From: Enoplolaimus lenunculus
Lineage: Eukaryota
DNA: 64,000 bases
Reading direction: 5' to 3'
NCBI GenBank assembly: GCA_030248215.1
Contig: JASANG010003752.1
Coordinates: 744,001-808,000 of the forward strand
This document shows positions 38,363 through 50,290 of this stretch, one piece after another. The first letter of the stretch is position 1; each line of letters begins with the position of its first letter. Under the pieces are notes generated by a model, which had not been told where the DNA came from, did not search any database, and saw nothing but the letters and a program-made list of their open reading frames with translations. Both the position numbers and the translations under genes were made by a program.

Positions 38363-39637
38363 ATGATACACAGTGTGTTTATTATCAATAATACGGGAGA
38401 TATGTTGCTAGAAAAACATTGGAAAAGTGTAATACATCGCTCGATATGTGACTATTTTTATGACGCGCAGAAAAAAGCAAACACACCTCAAGATGTTCCA
38501 CCTATCATTTCAACGCCTCATCACTATCTCATTAGTATTTATCGCGATAAGCTTTATTTAGTAGCAGTTACCACAACGGAAGTGCAACCGTTATTCGTTA
38601 TCGAGTTTCTGCATAAAGTCCTCGACACATTCCGCGATTACTTTAGCGATTGTAACGAGTCGGTGATTAAAGAACACTACGTTTTGGTGTATCAGTTGTT
38701 GGACGAAATGTTAGATAACGGTTTTCCAATGTCTACCGAGTCGAATATTCTGCAAGAGTTGATCAAGCCTCCGTCTATGCTGAGAAATATCGCCAATATG
38801 ACTGGAATTGGACCTGGCAGTGTCACTGAGCAGCTGCCTGCTGGCCAGTTGTCAAACGTTCCGTGGCGGCGTGCTGGAGTAAAGTACACCAATAACGAAG
38901 CCTATTTTGATATAATCGAAGAAATTGACGCAATTATAGACAAGTCCGGTTCGATTGTATGCGCTGAAATTCAAGGCTACATTGACTGTTGTATAAAGCT
39001 GTCAGGTATGCCGGATTTAACGCTGACGTTTATGAATCCTCGATTGTTGGACGACGTTAGTTTTCATCCGTCCGTCCGGTATCGCCGCTGGGAAGCTGAA
39101 AGAATATTGTCGTTTGTTCCGCCGGATGGCAGCTTTCGGATGATGCAGTATCATATTGGATCACAAAGTATGGTTGCAATTCCGATTTACGTACGACATT
39201 CCATTGCGTTCAAGGCCGGAGCTGGCGGGACCGGTCAAAGCTCTGGTCGGCTTGATATTACCGTAGGACCGAAGCAAGCAATGGGAAAAACGTTGGAAGA
39301 TGTTGCGCTTGACGTTCCAATGCCCAAATCTGTGCTTAGCGTGTCACTAGTGCCGACTCAGGGCAAATATTCGTTCGACCCGACAACTAAAACGCTCCAA
39401 TGGGATATTGGTAAGATCGAAACTGGGAAAGTACCGAATTTGAAAGGGTCAATTACACTGGCGCCCGGTGAACCTCCACCCGATTCAAATCCGACAATCA
39501 ATGTGTTTTTTAAAATTAATCAACTTGCAGTTTCTGGTTTGAAGGTTAGTCGGCTTGATATGTACGGCGAAAAGTATAAGCCGTTCAAGGGTGTTAAATA
39601 TATGACAAAAGCGGGAAAGTTTCAGGTTCGTACTTAA
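38363..39637 (+). CDS. AP3M1: AP-3 complex subunit mu (mu3 adaptin), single coding exon, 424 aa
   Basis: MIHSVFIINNTGDMLLEKHWKSVI, LLDEMLDNGFP, VPWRRAGVKYTNNEAYFD, SFVPPDG and the C-terminal YKPFKGVKYMTKAGKFQVRT match mu3 adaptins. Confidence 0.96.
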   Translation: MIHSVFIINNTGDMLLEKHWKSVIHRSICDYFYDAQKKANTPQDVPPIISTPHHYLISIYRDKLYLVAVTTTEVQPLFVIEFLHKVLDTFRDYFSDCNESVIKEHYVLVYQLLDEMLDNGFPMSTESNILQELIKPPSMLRNIANMTGIGPGSVTEQLPAGQLSNVPWRRAGVKYTNNEAYFDIIEEIDAIIDKSGSIVCAEIQGYIDCCIKLSGMPDLTLTFMNPRLLDDVSFHPSVRYRRWEAERILSFVPPDGSFRMMQYHIGSQSMVAIPIYVRHSIAFKAGAGGTGQSSGRLDITVGPKQAMGKTLEDVALDVPMPKSVLSVSLVPTQGKYSFDPTTKTLQWDIGKIETGKVPNLKGSITLAPGEPPPDSNPTINVFFKINQLAVSGLKVSRLDMYGEKYKPFKGVKYMTKAGKFQVRT

Positions 39638-40972
39638 AATTTGGTGTAATAGTGCCATTGGTACATACATTAGCTTTTAATTTAACGTTTATGTTTTCGC
39701 TTTGTATTTTGTTGGTGCTCTTAATCTTATTTTATCACATTCGCAATCTCGCATTAATTTGGTATTTCTTAGCTGCAGCGTACCTAATTGAAAGAAGTGA
39801 AAACGTGTTGTTTTTCAATGCAAATGAACTTGTGATGTTAGTATAATTATTGGAAAATGATTATTTTGCCAACCTAAGTACATCAATGTTTTCCTTGTAA
39901 GTCAAAATTTAAAATAAATCATGCACAGTTGAAACTAATGGCCAGGGGAGTACACAACGGTGTGAATAGGGTGTTAATCCCTCGCAAAATTTCTGTAGCC
40001 GTAAAATGTCACTTGTAACAATTGAACGTAGCTTCGCTTGGTATTATCAGCCTTGGAAATTTTTACATAAGATTATAGTACTCTCCCGGAACGAAATCAT
40101 GGCTATACCGCTGGTAGTGGTATTACAGCGTACCAGTGTTTCGCTTTGATTGAAGCTGTACATAATCTGTTTTGTTTGATGTACTGAATTTATACGATTT
40201 AGGATATTGTAATTTTCCCAATTTACCGTTGCTAGCATTTTGCAAAATCGTACTTGGAAAAAGGCGTGTCTAATTTCCACACGGCGGGCACAAAATGAAG
40301 TGGATGACGCATTAAAGCTTCGATATTAAAGGAAAGAATGCTGTTCTGTTGTATTTAATACAAAATCATAAACTGCACCTTTCTTTCCGATGATTAATCT
40401 TGTTTAATGTTTGCGACAATATCATTTGGTGAATTCCAGTGCAGGCGTCTCAAATTTCTATTAACCTTTGTTCACATGAATATTTTTTTATTTCAGCTGA
40501 GATGTAATTTTAAGCAAAATTCGTACCCCGAATCTCTAAATTTCGGCGTTTACAATCACCGCTCGAGTATAAGAGCTTAACGCCAGCGTTAAAGGGAGCT
40601 CTAAGGTCTTGTAATACAGTTAAACAGTTTTAAATTGCAAGTTTTAGCAAATGTGTGTACGGTTTTGTCAAAAAATTTTGCTTTTTGGAAATTTCACTAG
40701 TGGAATTGCCCAAACCTTCAGCAGAATTTTCTGTCGGAACCGAAGATATACACCAATTATGTCTATCAATATTGTGCAAGATGTGTATAAATTATTTTGT
40801 GTCGTTTTGCGAAGTATTCAGTAAAGTGTAACCAAGTACTTGTTTTATGATAGAAGCATTTTAAAACCGCTTATCATGATAGCTGATTTCAACTTTTTTT
40901 GAAGCACTGCGTGATTTTGCGGCTTTATTGCTATCACTTAGTGTCTTGAAATTGTTTATTTGGTCTATGTTA

Positions 40973-41235
40973 CCCCTTCTCACATTGAGTTGCCTATAGG
41001 CAACTCAGCGCAGTGTATATACGTTAAGTAATATATATCGCTCCGTGTTTGACAATTGCAACACGTATACATAATACTAAATCACCACAAGACGTGAGAG
41101 CCGCCTCGGGCTCGAGCGTCAAGCTCCTATAGCTGAGTGGTGATCGTGTACGCCTCCCACTCCAGTCACTGGAATTCGAATCCTAGCATATAAGTAGGTC
41201 TCAGGGGAAATAGAAAATATTCATGTGAGAAAGGG
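40973..41235. mobile_element. piggyBac-like tRNA-bearing MITE (inverted copy)
   Basis: Reverse complement of 25218-25480, ending GGG|TTAA. The A box TAGCTGAGTGG and B-box-like GAATTCGAATCC read on the + strand at about 41130-41183. Confidence 0.82.
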
Positions 41236-41302
41236 TTAACCTCGCTGCATTTTGTTAAATCGCACCATCCCATTACAAGAATTTGAGGTGTTGTTGAAAT
41301 TG

Positions 41303-41470
41303 GTATTTCGGGATGTGATCGAAGGTGGGATTTAAGGATTTTGATATGTGGTCGAACGTGGTATTTTGTTTTGGGATTTCGGGATATGGTCGAAGGTGAG
41401 ATTTCGGCATGTGGTCGAAGGTGGGATTTCGGGATATGGTCGAAGGTGGGATTTCGGGATGTTGTCGAAC
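41303..41470. repeat. 25-bp tandem repeat (GGGATTTCGGGATATGGTCGAAGGT); a second array is at about 42836-42993
   Basis: Seen directly in both places, in the same orientation. Confidence 0.85.
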
Positions 41471-43102
41471 GTCTGAATTGGGATTCTCAATGTCAGTCGT
41501 AAGCCTCGAAAATTCACGAGACTTGCGTGTCTCATTCTCATGCTGGATTCACGTTATATAACCGAGGCAGGCGAGACGCGGTATGCCCATATTGATTCGA
41601 CGTCAATGTTAAAATTCGGGCTCTTATGTCGGGTCAACAGACAAAACTGTCATATGACTAACTTACAAACCACCGCTCTTAAATGATCAGTGTGTACGAG
41701 GAACGGTATGTCACGTGATAATGTGGGACATTTATGCGAATATCATATGATATTCCAAAATTTCAACGAATATCATGATATTCAGCGGGACAGTGTAATC
41801 TTTGGGTGCTGATAAATAAATGGAAAGTCAAACGGCAGAGGAACAGATATGCTTTAAATACCAAATACACGCCTTCAAAACGTTTCCGACACAAAATGGC
41901 TTATAACCACAGCTTAATAATTCAAAAATTCAAATTTCACATTCAAGTATCATGATATTCAACAGGACAATTTGGGTATGTTACCTGAAGTATGCAGACA
42001 TTTGAAAATATAATATTCGCGGCCCATGTATAAAACAGAGCCGGATCGTTTTCCGGAGGGGCTATAATAGATTCAGTTTAAGCTTTAGACTAATTTTTGG
42101 CGTAGGCTTTATCTTAGGCTTAGGAATAGGCTTATCCAAACGTTTAGGCTTAGGCTTAGGAATATGCTTATACTACTGTTCCGCCCCTCAAAACGTGACC
42201 TACACATGATAATAGCAGACAAATACGAATTTTTGAATACGATATAAGGTTTACAAGGGGACAAAATTTTACCCAATAGGTCTAATAGGGATAAAACGTG
42301 TCCCAAACTGCCCCGGTTGTAATGTGATCCCCGCATAGTCTCAGCTTTTGAAAAGTGTCTATTATATAGCGAATTTGGTCTGTGGGCCAACAGAATTTTG
42401 CTGAACTTAAGTTTTAAAAGTTCTGCTACCTATCTGAAAGTTCATGTGTATGAAATTTCAATACAAAAGCCAGCCAGTATCACTAATATCATTTTTGCGA
42501 CAGTGCAATTGTTATTGTGCTATATAAGAATCGGAACTTTTTTTGAATCGGGGTTAAATCGGAATCAAAATTGCGGTTACAACCTGGTATATTTTGTGCC
42601 AAATAAATGAACATACCGAATTTACGTTGTGTTCTTTCTCAATCTTATATTAAAGTTTATAGAGCGAAATAGGACTTTCAATATACGTGATTTAGAATTT
42701 TTCTGAAATGATTCGGTATTGGTACAATAAGTTACTGTGACTCTCAAAAAATTACTCAATTCTCAGTCTCAAAGAGTGTGAGGCTGTCTCAATCTCATCT
42801 TCTTCATTGTGACTCTCATCCTTGGTCCAAGTTTGATGTTAGATTTCGGGATATGGTTGAAGGTGGGATTTGAAATTTCGAGATATGGTCGAAGGAGGGA
42901 TTTCGGAATGTGGTAGCAGGCGGGATTTCGGGATATGATTGAAGGCGGGATATCATGATATGATCGAAGGTGGGGTTTCGGGATATGGTCGAAAAGCCTA
43001 AACCTAAGACCAAGGTTAAGCCTAAGCCTAAGCCTATTCCTAAATCCTCAGTTTAAGCCTTAGCCTAAGATTTAGCTCAAGAATCACTAAAGATCGAATG
43101 TA

Positions 43103-43524
43103 CTGTAGTGACCCGAATAAGAGGGGACTGATATTTATTTGGCCTCTCCAGAGGGTACCCCGATGTTATTCGGTTACGGACTGTTATTTATTTTTAACCA
43201 GCCATCCGCTGCCGTTCGTTACTGATATATATCCGGTATTACAATTATCCGTTGAATTAAACGTTTGTCTTGTGTCAGTAGCTTGAGCGATAATGCTAGG
43301 TTATACTTAGGAATGTACTTTCAAAACTTAAGTATGCTTTAAAGTTTCGAACTCAACTTTATTTGGTCCTGGAGTCATTTATGCGCTACAATTAGTTATA
43401 ATTGACATTTATGGACTCTAATTAGGATTTAGGGACTTTTTTCGCTTACGGACTCTTATTAGGGGTTCGGACTCCTATTCATTGGGACTCAAAATGGGGA
43501 CCCTCCTTATTCGAGTCACTACAG
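43103..43524. mobile_element. CTGTAG-TIR MITE
   Basis: TA|CTGTAGTGACCCGAATAAG ... CTTATTCGAGTCACTACAG|TA. Confidence 0.82.
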
Positions 43525-44209
43525 TATGTTAAACTAAAGCCTGTGTATAAAGCCTCCACGTAAGCATAAGCCTATGCCTGTGCTATTTGCAGAATAATCC
43601 ATGCTTAAGCCAAAGCCTGCTCTTAAAGCCTAAAAGCCTAAGATGAAGCCCAAGGGTCATTTTAGATTTAATCTATGTTTAAACCAATTCTTAAAGCCTT
43701 AAAGCCTAAGTCTGCCTAAGCTTGAAGCCTAAGTAAACCTAAACCTAAAATTGTAAACCTAATCCTATACTTAGCTCAACGAATTGCTTGCGACGAATTA
43801 GTCAGATAACAAAATCCCACCGCAAACAAAAGCTGTAAATTTTTTAGCTGGTACGGTGGGATTTTGGGACCGCAGTAAAGTATACGTGGGCCGTTTATAT
43901 GAACAATTGTATTAGCTAGCGTGACTGTGGATTATTTTCGACACTTGTATAAAATACTGAGTGATGATGATGCGGAAGATAGAACTGAGATATCTATCGA
44001 AGCTGAAAAACGAACTACTTATCAGGATCTATCCGCCCAGACCAGCGATGTAAAACCTTGCGTTGGAATTCTTTTATGATTTGCGTTAAACTGCATTAAT
44101 TCATTGCTGATAGCGTTTTAACTGTTGTTAATTCAAACGGATAATTAAGATTATTTGATTCAGTTTATGCCAATATGGATTTTTTGAATGGATTTGTAAT
44201 TATTGAATA

Positions 44210-47200
44210 ATGATTAGTCACAGTAACGTCGTTCACCATGCTTTTGTCTGTCGCCAATGCTTTAATCTATTGGGAAGAAGACTTCAAAGTGCGACGCGAG
44301 CTGAATTACCAGAAGGTTTGTATTGCGATATGTATTAAGATACTAAAATAGAAAATTGTTTCTGGCAAGCTGATTCTGCAAACTCATAGAAGCCATCGTT
44401 GCAAGTGTGTTGACTGAAGCGCATTTGAACACTTCTCTCACAAGCTTAGGTTTGTTCCGAAGCCTAAATTATACCAAAATTTAATAGTTTTTAGACCATT
44501 TGGCACGCGTTGACTCTACCTAAACGAAATATTTCTGTTGACCCTACTTCAACGCATTTCAAGGGTTAACGGGTGATTGTTAACCATTGGTACGTCAAAT
44601 ATTGTGACCCGGCCAAATTTTATAATATGAACGGCGCATAAGATGTGAAGCGAGCATATGTAGTCGCTACGGCTTATACTTACACGGACACGTAAAGCAT
44701 CTATGTCATTCTTACACATTTCATTATAAGCATTATCTAATTGTGCTGTTATTATGTATATAATTGTAATTTTATCATTGCAACTAAAATGATATTTGGT
44801 TTTAGCCGATAAACAAAATAATCCGAAAGCGAATGAAAACTTTCGAAAGCTCGATTTAGTTCCTCCACAAAAGACCAAAGCGAAACGAAGTCGAGGTTTT
44901 GTTAAAGAAGCTGAGGTAGACGACTGACTACTGAGTAACAAAAATATATTTGGTTGTTTTTGTTGTACTTGTGCTACTTATCGCACATAAGTGGTGTAAA
45001 TAGCCATTTTAACATGCATGTTCTTTTAGACGTCCGCTAACTTCTTGAATATGTCCATTGTTTCCACGTTTTTAAATGCCTGATAAATACTATTTTCATG
45101 TATTACGTATGTATATCAAGCAAACAAAATTAGGATAGACACATCGGTGTTTTGTATGCGTTTTGCACACTATTGTCATACTAAAGTGACAAATGTTCGT
45201 ACTTTCAGGACGCCATACCACGATGGAAACGCATGCCTATTGATCAAGACTGGCCTTCGGTATGGCCAACAGCTCAATCGTTTAAGGCGTCTGTTGTACC
45301 ACTTCCAGTACGCATGGGACATCAAAAACACTGGTGGCGTGATCCACCACCTGCAAAGTACGGAAATTTGGAGTTGATGAAAATTCCCAATTTCCTACAT
45401 CTCACGCCGCCTGCGATTAAACGCCATTGTGAAGCGATTAAAAGTGAGTCGAATTTAATTTTAAACAAAAGTACCTTCTAAGCGCGAGGGGGTTTACACA
45501 GAGGGCGGTGATCTCAGCCTTGCCCACCCCCATAAATGGTGTATTTAGTGACTCGCGCGGAGAAATTACTGTACCGTCAGTGCTAAGCGCATGTCCGACC
45601 TGATGTCGTGAATGCTAAAAGTCACATGTATTGCATTATCTGGTGAACGTCAAGAACCCGATCGCTGGCAAATGGGCAAAACAGTTTTAATGTTTCGGAA
45701 GATTTTGTTGATTCAAAATAAAGTTAAAGTGGAAGTCACTATTTTGCGAAACGCAATTTTATAATCAAACTTAATAAACTTACTGCTTGAGTGCTTAAAC
45801 GATGTTTGTTATTGTCCACGTTTTCCGTTTTTGCTGGGCTGTCGATCTTAATGATTTTAATAAATAAATTAGTTGTGTGCTGAAACCAAAATTTTTGGTG
45901 ATGCCAATACCGATACTGATTCTTGTTTGGAAGTTTTGTCAAACCGATGCAGATACCGATACCAATGCTGATCTAAGTTGTTATATACGATGCTTAATGA
46001 ACCATTATGATACTACATTACATCATCATAAACGCAAAGACTTAAACCCTAACAACCTTAACCAGTTCTGTTATAATTAAATAAAAACAGCTCATTTCAA
46101 TTATTTTTTCAATCCTAAATGAAAGAGACAAAACTGTTACCTGATCAGACGCGCTGATATTTGCCAATTGGTAAAATTGATGGCCTTTTAACTCACCGGT
46201 TAGCGGATAAAGTATCGGCAAAGTGTCGGCAATATTTTTGCACTGCGGTTGCCGATAGTCATAAAAAGTACCGATCTTACCGAATACCGATGCCAATTAA
46301 TCGGCACATTTCGGAAAGACACTATTTTTGTAGTCATTAAATCAACGTTATTTTGATGTATAATGCTGTGTTCAGAATTTTGCACAAAGTGGCCTGAAGA
46401 ACTGAATGACATCACAACAATGGAAAAACATTTTCCCATCGAACTCACATACAGTGATTATTGTCATTCGGGCACTTCGATACGCGACCCTAGAGCGCGT
46501 ATAGTTACTATTCAGGTATGTTGCAGATCTTTCGTTTTTTGTTTGTTTTTGTGTTATAATTTGGTTGTTTCTTTGCTTGCTTGCTTGTTTGTTTGTTTGT
46601 TGGTTTGTTTGTCTGTTTGCTTGTTTATTTTCCTTGCTTATGTGTTAGTTTGTTTGGTTGGTTTGTTCGCTTCTGTTTGCTTTGTTTGTTCCTTTGTTTG
46701 TTTGTCTGCTGTCACCACATCCTAATATCGACAGCAAGACGCCAATCCCACTGGTTGATAAATGGAAAGTTACCCAGGGCATTTCACCCCCAACTGAGAT
46801 CAAACCTAAGCTTTATAATATTCAGTGCTAAAATTGTGGTTGGTTTCTCGCTGCCAAGCTTTTTTCTCTATCTTGTATCGCTCGGCTGGCGTCGGAAACG
46901 TTTGGATCTGCTGCTGTTCAAACCAGCAACTTGACGTTTGCATAAGATTAATAAAAATGGATCCGCGGATGCTAGTGTATTGTTTCTTTGTAACTTTGTT
47001 GTGGTGTGTTTATAATTTGGCAAACTGCTCCACTTGTGTTGATGTTAGCTTGTTATTTTGTTGGCTTCGTGTTTCTATCCTGATCAGCTATTTTAACGCC
47101 AATAATAGCGGTAATGAAGCCCGTAAACGCACTACTTACAGTATGTTGCGTAAGCTTGATGGTTGGCTTGCAAGAACTAGACCTGGACATGGACACAGTG

Positions 47201-49348
47201 TAAACAAAATAGTTTGTATAAATTAGTTTATCTTGCAGTTTTTTTACTATACGGAGTTACTATCTGGTTCGATCATATTGGAATATGTAGAAGCAGGTGT
47301 ACTTACAAATTAACTTTTACAGTCTGAGAGGATGTTTTTAGTTCAAACTGAGCGGCTTGCCGTTAGATTATCACGCCCGTGACAAACTAAAGAGACTCGC
47401 TGAAGACAAGTATGACGCAAGAACAGACACGATAACGATTGCTTGTGACAGGTACATATATAAACATAAAGTCACGAAAGTGCAATCGCGATCGCTGAAT
47501 ATTTCGCATTCACTCGCATGCAAACGCATGGCAGTGGTGTTTTGAAACGTGACACCAATTACAGTATAGTTAATATGCACTCTCATCCAGGTCGCTTGTT
47601 TAATGTTCCGGTTTTCTTGCCAGATTATGTCCGCACTGTGGAAATAACAGTTTCTCATGCATTTTTAGTGTTTTGAGAATTTTAGTTTCGCGTATCTACG
47701 TACGATTTTGTGTAATTTCGCGTATCTACGTACGATTTTATGTTACGTTTGAACATTACTGGGACACTAAGCTAAGCTAAAATTGACCATTAATTTATCT
47801 CTCCAAATGTAATTGCTTGCATCGTGTTGAATGTACATATTAATTAATTTTTCGTTATGGGCTGAAGACTGGTTTTACGGAAATGAAACGAAGAATATTA
47901 AAAAATTTCAATTTTCAATACCGTTTTCAATTTTCAAATATTTCGGTGTTGAGCTTTCAAGCCAACCTGTGAAAAAACTGCTTTGTTATTTCAGGTGCCC
48001 TGCTCGTCACCAAAACAGAGACTACGCCTTTTACCTGCTCACTGCATTGTTCCACGAGTCTTGGGTGAGTGTTTAAGTTTGTTTCAGTTGACAACTCTGA
48101 AGTTTATAGTCGCTGATATTTTATGTTAACATATTCTATAACCAATTTGCATACTTCTTATATCTGCCTATAAGCCCTGTATGATTGTAATGTTTACATT
48201 CCAGTGAATCGGAATTTAAATAAATATCCCAAAGCATTATAGTCTCGCAGCTATTATCTCGTTTGTGAGCAATAACAAATTTTTCACATTTTCTCTGGCA
48301 TTTTTATTTCTTTTTAAGCGAACAAAAGTATAATAGTCTTTTTAGGAAGCAAACAAAAATGTTTAGTTGTGTAATAAAAGTGAAATCTAAAACAAAATTT
48401 AGGTATTTATGTTCGTTGGGTTGTTTTTGATTTTAATTGTAAATATTTCAAAGCGTTGGATTATTTCGAGTTGTAACTTGCGATATTAGCACTCGGCGGC
48501 TGTAAAACTTGTGACAACTGAGCATTATTTTCTCTATTATATATTCACATGGCGCTGCGTATTACATTTGCTATTTTTTGGTTGTTATAAGCTCCTGTCT
48601 GTATCTAAATGAACGGTCAATTCCCTACAGGCTGACATGGGTACGCTACACTGCACTCTGCCATAGAAGTGAAATGTTATGTAATTATTAATGTTAAGTA
48701 GTTTACTTCAGAAAATTGAAGAATGGGAAAAAGAGAAGATTGAATCAGATATGGAACGATATTTTTGGAATCTTACTGAGTCGCGAAATAACGTGTTATT
48801 CTTAGTTCGTGAAATGCTTAACGCTTATTACCAAACTGTGTCATCGGTAAGACTTGTAAATTTTTTAATTTGCGCACTTAATTCTGTCCGTGACTGATTT
48901 ACATAACAAACAGCATGGCACGCTTACCTTGCTAAGATATTTTTGGCAACGCTGGTACAACCTATACAATGGTGTAGTGATACTGTGTAAAATTACAAAA
49001 AACGTGCTAATAAATCACAATGATTATGATATGTTAACGTTTTTGCAGATGCCTGAAGCTCAAACATCAAATGAAGCAGTCGAAAAACGTGACGCCCTTC
49101 GAAAGTTTCCAGATTACGTTATCGGCCTAGCATCATTGTTCACCGATTCAGAAAGTGTCGCGTCCATTAGCAATGATGAATTAACTAAAATCATAAGTGG
49201 AACGAAAGAAATCAACCAATATATGGAGGCATGGGATCAGCTGCGGAATGAAACTGAAACAGAACAAACGTTGGAGGAGTACAGCCGCTCTGTGAGAAAT
49301 ATGCTTCTATTGCCGCCGCCTATAAATGATAGTAATACGAATGAGTAA
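44210..49348 (+). CDS. MRPS35: Mitochondrial small-subunit ribosomal protein mS35, 8 exons, about 401 aa
   Basis: Exons 44210-44315, 44806-44915, 45209-45443, 46376-46515, 47342-47451, 47995-48064, 48712-48846 and 49049-49348 are in frame. Motifs: [68 protein letters not shown]. Exon 1 looks like a mitochondrial presequence and is the least certain. Confidence 0.9.
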
Positions 49349-49888
49349 CACTGTCTACGCCATGTTTTGTCATGCCGCCTTCTGGCTGGTGGAAAGCTGT
49401 GAAGTTTTGTTGCCTGTTATGATTGTGGCATTTATTTAAACCTACCTGTTTGTCAGGCTGCAGCCGGAGGTGAAAAATACCGGAGCCGGGTGTTAAGATA
49501 TTTCGATGTAGTCTGAACCGAAGAGTAGGTAAAAAATTGGTAACAAAAATGATAATGAATTTGCTATTTTTAACAGTATCTGCAACGTGTTGAGAAACAT
49601 TTTTGTTAGTTAAGGTTCTTTTATGGAACTTTGGCATTAAAGTTTACAAGACGAACTCACTGGAGAGCAGGAACTTTATACAAAGCATCAAAATTCACAA
49701 TTTAAAATTTTTTCCTAACCCGGAGTTCAATTTCGTTATCGATACGGGGGAAGATCTTCCATATGTACTACTGCTGTTTATGTTGTGTAGTGTGCTTTGA
49801 ACCGAAGCTCTGGGTAAATATGTGTGTAAGTAAACGTATCTCGCTTTTGTGCGTTGAGCGTTTAGGTGACATGCAATTGAGGAGTAAT

Positions 49889-50290
49889 ACGGAGTTCACG
49901 TTATAACCGGGACAGCTTGGGACTGGTTTTGTCCCTATTAGACTATTGGGTAACATTTTGTCTGCTCGTAGACCTATATCGAATTCAAAAATTCGTATTT
50001 GAACCCTATTATCATGTATAGGTCACCTCTTGTTCTTCAATATGATATTCTAGGTATTGTCTTGCGAGTACCTTACGATATATTTTCAAATGTCTGTGTG
50101 CTTGAGGTAACATACCCCAATATTCCTGTTGAATATCATATGATACAGAATGTGAAATTTGAAATTTTGAATTAAGAAGCTGTCTTTCTAAGTGATTTTG
50201 TATCGGAAATCGACCCTTGTACTCATCGATCACTTGAGAGCGGTGGCTTGTAAGCTGATGTCATTGCCCCGGTTATAACGTGAATCCCGC
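49889..50290. mobile_element. MITE with TIR CGGAGTTCACGTTATAACCGGG
   Basis: The ends are inverted. Related ends bound about 41541-42335. Confidence 0.6.

Noticed and set aside
46516..46725. Hydrophobic ORF extension (LFVCLLVCL...) resembling a membrane protein
   Set aside because: It is translation of a (GTTT)n low-complexity tract in MRPS35 intron 4.
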